Virus record (IMG/VR): IMGVR_UViG_3300032313_001308
Coordinates: 1 to 31,918 of that record
DNA length: 31,918 nucleotides
Reading direction: 5' to 3' (one strand)
Source: a virus
Taxonomy: Duplodnaviria > Caudoviricetes
Shown piece after piece: positions 9,195 to 18,251 of this stretch. Numbering within the stretch: the first letter of the stretch is position 1; every line of letters begins with the position of its first letter. The position numbers and the translations under genes are program-made. The notes beneath the pieces were generated by a model that worked only from the letters and a program-made list of their open reading frames with translations, was not told where the DNA came from and made no database searches.

Positions 9195-9449
9195 ATGAAC
9201 TATAAAGAGCAGCTTCAAGCTACCATTCATTCGCTTACCCAGAAGAAAGACGAAATTTCACTGGAATTAGCCAAAATTGAAGAAGAGTTTGCAAATGTTA
9301 AATTAAATCCATACGGCATCACTTCTATAGATTTTGCTAAAAGACAGGAAATGAGTACTGACGTTTTAAAAATGGAAGGTACTCTTATGGGACTAACACT
9401 AGCATTAGAAACCTATGATGAATCCAATCCAACCACAGACGTCAAGTGA
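9195..9449 (+). CDS. Small helical/coiled-coil protein of unknown function
   Basis: 84 aa; AAAGGA RBS; heptad-like LQATIHSLTQKKDEISLELAKIEEEF. Confidence 0.65.
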   Translation: MNYKEQLQATIHSLTQKKDEISLELAKIEEEFANVKLNPYGITSIDFAKRQEMSTDVLKMEGTLMGLTLALETYDESNPTTDVK

Positions 9450-10017
9450 TGGTGGATTATTTTTATTTCCTTCCATCGTATGGAAGTTTAAATATGAATT
9501 TGACACCAAAACATTACAGCCAAAAATTGATGAACTTTTTAGTTTAGTAAAAGAAAATTCTAAATTAGAGTACGGAGAAGCTCTTTCAACAGTTTCTACA
9601 CCAATAGAAATGCAACCTCATGCCTGGTCAGAATTATCTCATTTTCAAAATTGGTTAGGCAGTACACTTGAACACATAAAAGATCAATATCATTTTACTG
9701 GTCGTCACTCCACAGTGACCAACAGTTGGTTCAATAAACATAATCGTGGGGGACACACAATAGAGCATGTACATTCAAATGTGACGTTTGTTGTCACATC
9801 ATACATTGCACTTCCTCCCAATTCTGGATACATTGAGTTTATAGATCCTTTAGAATATCATAAGACTGCTTGGTCCATACATCCTGAAGAAAGTATGCAT
9901 AGAGCAGTGCCTTGTGAAACAAATGATGTGTTAATATTTCCTGGATGGTTAAAGCATCGAGTACAACCCAATCACACCGATATGGATCGCATTGTGATGA
10001 CATTCAATATAAAATGA
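9415..10017 (+). CDS. Fe(II)/2OG oxygenase, TIGR02466-like
   Basis: LFPS N-terminus, SWFN...HVH, IFPGWLKHRV, RIVMTFNI. Confidence 0.85.
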   Translation: MMNPIQPQTSSDGGLFLFPSIVWKFKYEFDTKTLQPKIDELFSLVKENSKLEYGEALSTVSTPIEMQPHAWSELSHFQNWLGSTLEHIKDQYHFTGRHSTVTNSWFNKHNRGGHTIEHVHSNVTFVVTSYIALPPNSGYIEFIDPLEYHKTAWSIHPEESMHRAVPCETNDVLIFPGWLKHRVQPNHTDMDRIVMTFNIK

Positions 10018-10817
10018 AAAATTTTAAATTTTGTTATCCTGATGCTGATAGGTTTAATAAAGTTATTAAACTTAAAACTCTTAATGAATGGAAAACCGAG
10101 TATGTGGAATTAGATCGTGAGATAGGATACTGGACAGCAGAGCATCCGTTTGTTGATGACAGCATGTTTGAAATATTTAAAAATTTAATTGCGTCTTTTC
10201 CTGTTCAAAAAGATAATAATCATCCTGACAATTTTGATCCTAACCCGTTTGATACAATTCATGTACCTGAATGGGTTTCGCAGGACATATGTTTTCTACT
10301 TAAAGAATTTTATCTAAAAAATATAAGTACCAACATATATGATCCGCAAATACACGAGTGGGGCAATTTATATTTTAAAGAACGTTCACAACCAATTAAG
10401 TGTTGGAGAATACCTCATATCGATTATGACCATGGGATAGTAGCAAATCTTTGGTTTACCTCACACCCGTTGACAGAAAGCGGAACTCGTTTGTATAGAT
10501 ATCACGGAACGTTACCGAATGGAATTTATGATTTTCAAGTAGATCAAAAACATCCAATGTTTAATGAATGGCGTGAACTTGCAGAAGGTAGTAAGATCAG
10601 ATCGCCAGCATGGTTTAATATGCCCGAAAGTGATCTAGCACGTTGGGGGTTTGAGTATGTAGGCTCAGCACCTAATAATGCCGGATCTATCACCATGTAT
10701 AAAGCTAATGTGTGCCATACTCCTCATTTAACAGAGGCTGTAGATTTTAGGTGGAGTCATGCGTTTGCATTTAGTCATATACTTCCTCCGCCAAGAACGT
10801 TAGGAGCGCTGTTTTAA
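10014..10817 (+). CDS. Fe(II)/2OG oxygenase (possibly DUF6445-like)
   Basis: PHID, SGTRLYRY, distal CHTPH and R. Start moved from 9945 to ATG 10014 (ATGA overlap with the previous stop). Confidence 0.75.
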   Translation: MKNFKFCYPDADRFNKVIKLKTLNEWKTEYVELDREIGYWTAEHPFVDDSMFEIFKNLIASFPVQKDNNHPDNFDPNPFDTIHVPEWVSQDICFLLKEFYLKNISTNIYDPQIHEWGNLYFKERSQPIKCWRIPHIDYDHGIVANLWFTSHPLTESGTRLYRYHGTLPNGIYDFQVDQKHPMFNEWRELAEGSKIRSPAWFNMPESDLARWGFEYVGSAPNNAGSITMYKANVCHTPHLTEAVDFRWSHAFAFSHILPPPRTLGALF

Positions 10818-10818
10818 A

Positions 10819-11442
10819 ATGAATTTTGACAACTTTTTTCCAACCCCAATATGGTGGGAACAAACAGAAATTGATACTAGTCCCTTGGTACAATTGTGTC
10901 TCAGTATGAAAGAAAAAGATCCTAAAGGTCGAAAATTAAGCAATGAGGGCGGCTGGCAAAGCTATGATTTTCGTCCAGGAGTACATATAGAAATGAAACC
11001 TTTAGAAGACAAAATACAAACCCAGGCTGAACAGTGTGTGAGAGACTACGGCTATGACGAAGAGCAATGCCAGGTGGTTATTGAAAATTTTTGGTTTAAC
11101 ATAAATTCTAAGAACACAAGTAATATGGTACATATTCACGATAATTCTTTTTTATCAGGAGCATTTTATATCAAAGCCACTCCCAATCAAGGAAATATCA
11201 CGTTTTATAAAAATCATGCTCTGGATTACATTGTAAGTTCACAGGCGCCAATCAAACAGTACACTCCAATTAGTGCAAGTGCAATTTCTTATCAACCAAT
11301 GACTGGCAAATTATTAATGTTTCCTGGAATGTTGCCTCATGGAGTGGGTTATAATTCTACAAGTGAAGACAGGTTATCAGTGGCATTCAACGTAAAACTA
11401 ATTAGGACAGATCATGGACATTATTGGCCAAAGACTTATTAA
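10819..11442 (+). CDS. Fe(II)/2OG oxygenase, TIGR02466-like
   Basis: FPTPIW, SNEGGWQS, WFNIN, HIH, LSGAFY, MFPGMLPHGV, RLSVAFN. Confidence 0.88.
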   Translation: MNFDNFFPTPIWWEQTEIDTSPLVQLCLSMKEKDPKGRKLSNEGGWQSYDFRPGVHIEMKPLEDKIQTQAEQCVRDYGYDEEQCQVVIENFWFNINSKNTSNMVHIHDNSFLSGAFYIKATPNQGNITFYKNHALDYIVSSQAPIKQYTPISASAISYQPMTGKLLMFPGMLPHGVGYNSTSEDRLSVAFNVKLIRTDHGHYWPKTY

Positions 11443-12136
11443 CGAAACTAATCTTTTTTTTGATGACAAGGCTCATCATTTTAAAAATTTTTTACCTAAT
11501 GTTGAGGAAATATTGACATGGAACGATGTTGAACGTTGTGTAAACAATCCTGCACTGTATAACTTTGAAATGATAGGCAAAGATAATGTTAAAATAGAAA
11601 TACCAATGCACAAAAAATCTTGGGTGTTTTCTAAACTTGTGCAGGATAAATCATTTATAGTAGATCATATTAATAAAGGTAATGGCTTTGTGATTATGGA
11701 CTATGGTTTTTACAGTGATAAGACTAACAAATTATTAAACATATTTGAAAATATATATAACATAAATGCAGCCATACATGTGTATGGTGGACTAGCAGAT
11801 TCAACGTCATTTCGCATACATGAAGATTATCCATCAAATTTTATTATTCAAGCTGATGGCAAAACACGTTGGAAAGTATTTAAGAATCGTATTTCTTCAA
11901 TGTATAGAACAGGCACAATGAATCACAAATTATCTGACAAAGATCTTGAAATAGCGATTGATGTAATTCTAGAGCCAGGAGACGCTTTATACATACCATC
12001 ACGAGCATACCATGTTGCAGAACCTATGGGGCAAAGATTAAGTATGAGTGTTCCTTGCTGGACTAGATTACCAACAGATGATCCAAATGAAATAAATGAT
12101 CGCAATTATTACAAAATAAATTATGGCAATATATAA
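11414..12136 (+). CDS. JmjC/cupin-4 oxygenase, ribosomal oxygenase (YcfD/NO66/MINA53)-like
   Basis: FRIHEDYPSNFIIQADGKTRWKV...LEPGDALYIPSRAYHVA matches the HxD..QxxGxKxW..LEPGDxLYxP..H pattern. Confidence 0.85.
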   Translation: MDIIGQRLINETNLFFDDKAHHFKNFLPNVEEILTWNDVERCVNNPALYNFEMIGKDNVKIEIPMHKKSWVFSKLVQDKSFIVDHINKGNGFVIMDYGFYSDKTNKLLNIFENIYNINAAIHVYGGLADSTSFRIHEDYPSNFIIQADGKTRWKVFKNRISSMYRTGTMNHKLSDKDLEIAIDVILEPGDALYIPSRAYHVAEPMGQRLSMSVPCWTRLPTDDPNEINDRNYYKINYGNI

Positions 12137-12707
12137 ACCAGTAGAATACAAAAATATAGTGGATTATTCATATCAAAAACAAATCTATCAATATCTAACC
12201 GATATTAAATTTGATTGGCATTTTATGGAAGACACCACAACAGAATTTGTGAATACGCCGCAGTATTCCACACCTTCGTTTGGTAATTTGATATATTATT
12301 CACAAAATGAAAATAATCCGCATTTTGATTTTTTTAAGCCTCTTGTAGAATCAATAGAAAAGATTGGAAAATTTAAAATTACTAATCTATTGAGAGTTCG
12401 AGCAGGATTTTTACTGAACACAAAATATGCTTTACCTAGTTTACCCTACAAATACAATCAACCGCATGTGGACTATGACTTGGATCATTTTACTGCAGTG
12501 TATTATGTTAATGAAGCAGATGGTGACACTGTAGTTTTTAATGAAATTCAAGCATCAGATAAGTATTATCCTTTGCATCGCTCTACTCCAGCTGCCGGAA
12601 AAGTATTAATATTCAATGGGCGACATTATCATTCTAGTACCTGTCCTAAGATACACACTAAAAGGATTGCAATCACAATTAATTTTACTGCTGAAATAAA
12701 TGGATAA
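12123..12707 (+). CDS. Fe(II)/2OG oxygenase
   Basis: PHVD, YYVNEADGDT, FNGRHYHSS, RIAITINF; paralogue of 14629-15234. Confidence 0.85.
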   Translation: MAIYKPVEYKNIVDYSYQKQIYQYLTDIKFDWHFMEDTTTEFVNTPQYSTPSFGNLIYYSQNENNPHFDFFKPLVESIEKIGKFKITNLLRVRAGFLLNTKYALPSLPYKYNQPHVDYDLDHFTAVYYVNEADGDTVVFNEIQASDKYYPLHRSTPAAGKVLIFNGRHYHSSTCPKIHTKRIAITINFTAEING

Positions 12708-13407
12708 CTTGTTTTTAAATAAATTTATAAAGGATAAAAATCAAAGCAGTGCTGATTTTATAAGGATTAATGATCTTAAGAACCGATTCTTATATCCTTA
12801 TATACCAACTATAGTGGTAGATAATTTTTATGAAGATCCTTTGCTTTGGAGAGAGTTTGCATTAGATTTAAAATATTTCAAAGGCAACAGAGGAAACTGG
12901 CCAGGTTTAAGAACGGATTTATTACATAACGTAAATTATGACATTTTTCAAATAGTTTTGAAAAAGATATTATTTGTTTTGAAAGATTATGGTATTACAA
13001 AAGTATCAGAATTTCAAACCGGATTTCAAATAATTGACGAAACATATGGCCGAGGTTGGGTACATGATGATGATCCAACTTTTCAATGTGCAGGTATAAT
13101 ATATCTCAGTGAAAATGCACCTTTAGATTCTGGAACAACAATATATGAAGATTCAGTTGATTTTAATGGTGAACGATATGCGAAACTATTTGAAACTGAT
13201 GTTAACAATGCGTCACAAGAGGATCGAGAAATGTATGCAAAATATAGAGACGAGCAAATATCTCATTTTAAAAAAACCACTGTGGTTGAACATGTGTTCA
13301 ACAGAATGGTGTTATTTGATTCTCGATGTTGGCACAGTGCAGATAAATTCTTTGGTACCACTAAAGAAAATTCTAGATTAACACAAGTATTTTTTATAAA
13401 ACCATGA
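12700..13407 (+). CDS. Fe(II)/2OG oxygenase (possibly DUF6445-like)
   Basis: VVDNFYEDP, WPGLRT, WVHDD, AGIIYL, FNRMVLFDSRCWHSA, RLTQVFF. Confidence 0.85.
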   Translation: MDNLFLNKFIKDKNQSSADFIRINDLKNRFLYPYIPTIVVDNFYEDPLLWREFALDLKYFKGNRGNWPGLRTDLLHNVNYDIFQIVLKKILFVLKDYGITKVSEFQTGFQIIDETYGRGWVHDDDPTFQCAGIIYLSENAPLDSGTTIYEDSVDFNGERYAKLFETDVNNASQEDREMYAKYRDEQISHFKKTTVVEHVFNRMVLFDSRCWHSADKFFGTTKENSRLTQVFFIKP

Positions 13408-14012
13408 GAATTTTAAAGCAACCAATAAAGGTCATAGATAATTTTTTTGAAGCGCCTGACGTGTGGCGTCATTATGCTTTAAAACAGGATTTTTCTAGTG
13501 ATGCTAATTCAACATGGCCTGGAGTACGAACATCCACTTTAGATGTGTTGAGTGCGACCGTGTTTAATTCTTTTGCGTCTTCTATAATGAAACACTTGCA
13601 TGGAAAACAATTTTTTTCTCTATTAAAAGTAAATTTTGCATTGGTTGACGCCAGCTATGGCATCGGATGGATGCATCAGGATGAACCTAATTATAATGTA
13701 GCTGGAGTTGTATTTTTAAACAAAGATGCGCCATCAAACAGTGGTATTTCTTTTTACACAAAAGTTACAGATAGCAATACCAACTTTAATTCTTTCTTTT
13801 TTGAAGAATTAAAGACCAAACCCGAAAGTCGTAATTTTAAAAAATTTAAAGAAGAACAACGCAGTCTTTTCAAAAGAAATATGACAGTTGAAAATGTTTT
13901 TAACAGATGCGTACTGTTTCCTCCTGATAATTTTCATGCTGTAGACGGATATTTCGGCACCAGCAAAGAAGATTCAAGATTAACCATTACATTTTTTGGA
14001 GTCGCACAATGA
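13404..14012 (+). CDS. Fe(II)/2OG oxygenase, tandem paralogue of 12700-13407
   Basis: VIDNFFEAP, WPGVRT, WMHQD, FNRCVLFP..FHA, RLTITFF; ATGA overlap. Confidence 0.85.
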   Translation: MRILKQPIKVIDNFFEAPDVWRHYALKQDFSSDANSTWPGVRTSTLDVLSATVFNSFASSIMKHLHGKQFFSLLKVNFALVDASYGIGWMHQDEPNYNVAGVVFLNKDAPSNSGISFYTKVTDSNTNFNSFFFEELKTKPESRNFKKFKEEQRSLFKRNMTVENVFNRCVLFPPDNFHAVDGYFGTSKEDSRLTITFFGVAQ

Positions 14013-14641
14013 CAAAGATGTTTGGTGCTTTTTCCAATTATGGATTTGTAAGAGATGTGATACCTTCCACTCTTTTTGAAAATTTGAAAACAGAAGTGGC
14101 ACAGTTAGACCTTACAGACACATTAATAAATTACAATAAAAATTTAGCAGGGAATATTGAAAAAGAATATCGATTATCCATTCACAGGCAAGAGCTTGAA
14201 AGTTATGTGTTGGATTTATGTAAACAATATGAAAATTATTATGGTACAACTAATACCAGTAAAGATATCACCTCAAACAATCTAGAGATGTATGTGTATT
14301 GGGCTAATTTACAAAAAAAATATGAGTTCAACCCCATGCACACACATGATGGGGCCTACAGTTTTGTTATATGGTTGAAAATTCCTTATGTTATGACGGA
14401 CGAATTCACAAGACCTGCTGTAAAACAAACCAATATGCCAAGAGCAGGTATGTTCAGTTTTATATATACTAATGTATTTGGGGAGATTCGCGAAGCAGAA
14501 TTCCCTGTAGATAAATCATATGAAGGCACTATATTTGTGTTTCCATCTGCTTTAAGCCATCAGGTTTATCCATTTTATACATCTGATGAATATAGAATAT
14601 CTATCTCAGGCAACATAAGGAAGAAACAATGCAAGACATAA
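14009..14641 (+). CDS. Fe(II)/2OG oxygenase (HxH type)
   Basis: WANLQKKYEFNPMHTHDGAYSFVIWLKIP, FPSALSHQVYPF, RISISGN. Confidence 0.85.
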   Translation: MTKMFGAFSNYGFVRDVIPSTLFENLKTEVAQLDLTDTLINYNKNLAGNIEKEYRLSIHRQELESYVLDLCKQYENYYGTTNTSKDITSNNLEMYVYWANLQKKYEFNPMHTHDGAYSFVIWLKIPYVMTDEFTRPAVKQTNMPRAGMFSFIYTNVFGEIREAEFPVDKSYEGTIFVFPSALSHQVYPFYTSDEYRISISGNIRKKQCKT

Positions 14642-15234
14642 TTGTAGTAGATAATGTAATTCCTGTAGATTATCAAAATCACCTAGCAACAGTGATGACT
14701 AGTTTTGATTTTCCTTGGGTATTCAATAATTATATGGTATCGGGAGATGCTGACTTTAAAGACAGCCCAAATAATCATCCGGGATTTAATCACTTTTTCT
14801 ATGAAAAGCGCACACCTGTGAGTAATTTCTTTCAATTAATATATCCGCTAGTACTAAGTATTACTAGTCAAACTGGCGTATCATTTAATCAATTGATTAG
14901 AATGCGAGCAAATTTAACATTATGCAATCCTGGTTCAACACAGGATCATCATATGCCGCACATTGATAGTTTCTATCCACACTGGAATGCAATATATTAT
15001 GTTAACGATAGTGACGGTGATACTGTTATTTTTAATGAAACTAACGAAACATACGACAGTGGGCAAGAAGATATTTTAAAAATTAAGGAAGGAGCATTTA
15101 CAATTAAACAACGAATAACTCCTAAACAAGGTAGGCTAGTAGCTTTTCCTGGCAAATATTATCATAGTTCTAGCCCAATGAGATTTCACAGATATCGATG
15201 TGTTATTAATATGAATTTAGGTAAGGTCCTATGA
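14629..15234 (+). CDS. Fe(II)/2OG oxygenase
   Basis: PHID, YYVNDSDGDT, FPGKYYHSS, RCVINMN. Confidence 0.85.
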   Translation: MQDIIVVDNVIPVDYQNHLATVMTSFDFPWVFNNYMVSGDADFKDSPNNHPGFNHFFYEKRTPVSNFFQLIYPLVLSITSQTGVSFNQLIRMRANLTLCNPGSTQDHHMPHIDSFYPHWNAIYYVNDSDGDTVIFNETNETYDSGQEDILKIKEGAFTIKQRITPKQGRLVAFPGKYYHSSSPMRFHRYRCVINMNLGKVL

Positions 15235-15839
15235 GTGAAATTAAATTAAATTATCAAGTACCCACAGGATATAATTTTGATAAAGGTCAAGACTATACAC
15301 TGCATCAATGTGACTATATTGCAGATAACTTACCTGACATATTTGAAGACTTGCGTGTGGCTCATAACAACTTTAAACAACTTTTTCCAAATGAAGATTC
15401 GACGTGGTCATACAGCAAGTACAATATATTTGCGCTAACTGCTCCTTCGACCAACTTCTATAAAATTTATGTAGAACTGAGAAATGTTATTAGAACTCAG
15501 CTAGGCACGGACAAACCGCTGTGGCTAGAAGCCTGGATAAATTATCATAAACACGACGAAGTGCTAGATTGGCATCATCATGATTTTGATTATCATGGAT
15601 ATATTTCTATTGATCCAAAACAGAGTAATACTGTGTTTGAAAACTATTCTATAAAAAATAAACCCGGTCAAATTTATTTTGGTCCCGGACATCGGTTACA
15701 CAAAGTAGAAGTATTAGAGCCGTTTGAAGGTGTAAGAACAACTATAGGATTCGACGTGCATACAATACCAGACAGTTCGCTAATAAGAAACTATGTTGAA
15801 CGCCCGTTTGTTAATATGAGTTTGATACCTTTACTATGA
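15231..15839 (+). CDS. Fe(II)/2OG oxygenase-like protein
   Basis: AWINYH...DWHHHD..HGYISID, GHRLHKV, RTTIGFD. Confidence 0.75.
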   Translation: MSEIKLNYQVPTGYNFDKGQDYTLHQCDYIADNLPDIFEDLRVAHNNFKQLFPNEDSTWSYSKYNIFALTAPSTNFYKIYVELRNVIRTQLGTDKPLWLEAWINYHKHDEVLDWHHHDFDYHGYISIDPKQSNTVFENYSIKNKPGQIYFGPGHRLHKVEVLEPFEGVRTTIGFDVHTIPDSSLIRNYVERPFVNMSLIPLL

Positions 15840-16471
15840 AAAAAGATTATTATATTATTAAAAATGCAATCAGCAAAGAACTGGCTGAATTTATTGCATT
15901 AGAATTTGACATGATGGAAACAACCTGTCGACATCTCTATCCCAATGCAAATCTAGCGGATCTTAGTGAAAATACATTTGCAAGATATAGTCCATTAATG
16001 ATGGAGGCATTGTCAGTATTTTTGCAACCAAAAATTGAAAAAACAGTTGGTATAAAATTGTTTCCAACATACTCATATGCTAGAACGTACTATAAAAATT
16101 CTCAGTTGAAAAAACACATTGATCGTGCAAGCTCGGAAGTCACAGTCAGCGTGTGCTTGCAACAAAATTCTAATTGGCCGCTGTACTTAAAAAATACAGA
16201 AGGACACATACACGCCATTAATTTAGAAGTTGGAGATGCGGGTATTTATAGTGGACGTACCCATGAGCACTGGAGAGAACCGTTGCATGAAGAAAAGCAG
16301 ATACAAGCATTTTTACAATATGTAAATGCTGAAGGTGACGATGCCTGGCTTAAATGGGACACCAGACCTTGTTTGGGATTGCCTTTTGAATATGCCACTG
16401 ACCACGTCAAATCAGAAATCAGCCACATCAAAATGATGCATGATCTAGTGAATTCTGTAAAAAAAAATTAA
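15836..16471 (+). CDS. Fe(II)/2OG oxygenase-like protein (cyanophage-type)
   Basis: PTYSYARTY...LKKHIDR..EVTVSVCL..WPLY..GDAGIYSG..HEHWRE (HxD...H). Confidence 0.8.
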   Translation: MKKDYYIIKNAISKELAEFIALEFDMMETTCRHLYPNANLADLSENTFARYSPLMMEALSVFLQPKIEKTVGIKLFPTYSYARTYYKNSQLKKHIDRASSEVTVSVCLQQNSNWPLYLKNTEGHIHAINLEVGDAGIYSGRTHEHWREPLHEEKQIQAFLQYVNAEGDDAWLKWDTRPCLGLPFEYATDHVKSEISHIKMMHDLVNSVKKN

Positions 16472-16683
16472 GCTGGTCTTGAATTCACAAACACAGCGCC
16501 TTGAGGCACAGCATTTTCTTCCACTTTTAACGGTCCTGCCACTTGATATCTAGGGCCATCAACAGCGTTGAAAATAACACTTGCTTCATTTTTTGTGTTT
16601 GCATAGCAAAACTTAGTCACAACATGTAATGCTGATGTGTTCGGATTATCTCCGTCTCTCAAAACTATTTTATATATATTCAT
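16468..16683 (-). CDS. Small protein of unknown function (71 aa)
   Basis: Start moved from 16728 to ATG 16683 (MNIYKIVLRDGD...): AAGGAG lies 7 nt upstream and TAAATA is on the minus strand at 16704-16709. Confidence 0.7.
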   Translation of the reverse strand: MNIYKIVLRDGDNPNTSALHVVTKFCYANTKNEASVIFNAVDGPRYQVAGPLKVEENAVPQGAVFVNSRPA

Positions 16684-16706
16684 TGCAAGTCTCCTTGTAC
16701 ACGTAT

Positions 16707-18251
16707 TTATGCTGTTTTTTCCAGCCATTCATCTATGGTCCAGAATGGTCTAGTAAGCATCATGTATTTTTCCTTATTGATATTTAGTATTTTTTCCCCT
16801 AAAGGAAGAATTTTTTTGTGTATTTTAGCCAATCCACTGTGATCAAAAACTCCCAAACCTTGTAAAACCATGCTCCAAGCTCCTGCTGAGAAGGTTATTC
16901 CAATGGGCTCAGCTCCTGCTTTGTGGTAGTATTCGTTCCATAACAACAATTTTTCATTTAATCCTTGGGGTATGCGCCATTTATCGTTTGCGTGACTTTG
17001 CCAAAATTCTGTGTCTCTGCGCTTGCCTCTGTAATGCAAGGCAAGAAAATCCTTGATGTCTTCGGCAATAAACCAGATTCTATCATTGTAACGATCCACA
17101 ATTTTATCTTCAAACACGTTCTCGTGAGGACTCCAATAATCCTGTAATCCAAATAAACTTTCAACAATAATAGCAACTCCGTTGGCTTCTAAGGGTTCAT
17201 AAAATCCACCGCTGAGCCCAACAGCTATCACATTTTTTTTCCAAGCCTTTCGCATCATTCCAGGAGTAAATTGAAAATTTGCAACTGGTGTAATTTTCTT
17301 ATTGAATCGACTTTCAGCTTCAGCTATAGCCTCATCTAGATTGATATGGTCAGGATCATATAGATAACCATTTCCAGATCTGTTTCGTATATTGATATTC
17401 CAAGACCATCCATATTTCATTGCAGTTGCATTTGTGGTGACGCATGGACAGGTTTTGTCCCACCAGGCAACCACAGCTCTCGCTGGAAAAATGTTAGTGG
17501 CATCAATTATTGTTTCTTGCATCACTTGTCCTAACAGTAGTCTTGACAGTCCCGAGCAATCAAAGAACCAGTTTCCTTGCACAATTTGTCCATTTGCTAA
17601 AATAATACTAGTAATTTTACCAGAAGCATCTTGTGTTGCAGACTGAAACTCACCTTCCAACAGTTCAATTCCACGACTTACCCCTACCTTTTTCAAATAT
17701 GCAGCAGCAGCTCTACTTTCAAAATGCCACATAGGTATGCAAGGAATATCACATTCGGCACCAAACGGCACTTTGTTGGCCTCGATAAAATAATTAGCAA
17801 AGTATGCTTCTGCCACTGGTATGTTGTTGCCTAAAATTGTGCGCATGTATCGATCTTTATTGCTTTCGGCAGATAGTATATTAATAAGATTACCAAGATA
17901 TAATTCTTCTTTATTTTCTTTTAGAAAATCAGTCCAGCCTTCCAAATATGGGGCATAGTCTGTTTGCAGAGCATGAATAAATTGCGTGCCTATTCCGTTC
18001 CAGTCAGTAAATCTGCCACCCAACTTAGGAGTTGCATTTACCTTACGCATGAAATGATTCACATCTATTTTTAAATGCTTCAACAACACTGTGAACGTAG
18101 TGTTGCCACTTTCTCCAGCAATGATTGGAGGTTTTTTAGGATTTTCAATCACTGTGACATTTGTCTGAGGCCAGTTTCGCTGCACAAACAATGCTGTGAG
18201 CCAACCAGCTGTGCCACCTCCTAAAATAACAACTTTAGAATTTATATTCAT
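16707..18251 (-). CDS. Flavin-dependent halogenase family, copy D
   Basis: GGGTAG, IIAGES, ATPK, FDCSG, GWSWNIN (variant of WxWxIP), FYEPLEANG. Confidence 0.88.
   Translation of the reverse strand: MNINSKVVILGGGTAGWLTALFVQRNWPQTNVTVIENPKKPPIIAGESGNTTFTVLLKHLKIDVNHFMRKVNATPKLGGRFTDWNGIGTQFIHALQTDYAPYLEGWTDFLKENKEELYLGNLINILSAESNKDRYMRTILGNNIPVAEAYFANYFIEANKVPFGAECDIPCIPMWHFESRAAAAYLKKVGVSRGIELLEGEFQSATQDASGKITSIILANGQIVQGNWFFDCSGLSRLLLGQVMQETIIDATNIFPARAVVAWWDKTCPCVTTNATAMKYGWSWNINIRNRSGNGYLYDPDHINLDEAIAEAESRFNKKITPVANFQFTPGMMRKAWKKNVIAVGLSGGFYEPLEANGVAIIVESLFGLQDYWSPHENVFEDKIVDRYNDRIWFIAEDIKDFLALHYRGKRRDTEFWQSHANDKWRIPQGLNEKLLLWNEYYHKAGAEPIGITFSAGAWSMVLQGLGVFDHSGLAKIHKKILPLGEKILNINKEKYMMLTRPFWTIDEWLEKTA

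Noticed and set aside
15836-16471. 'Ferrochelatase' label often given to similar cyanophage proteins
   Set aside because: The sequence shows an HxD...H double-stranded beta-helix pattern, not ferrochelatase motifs.
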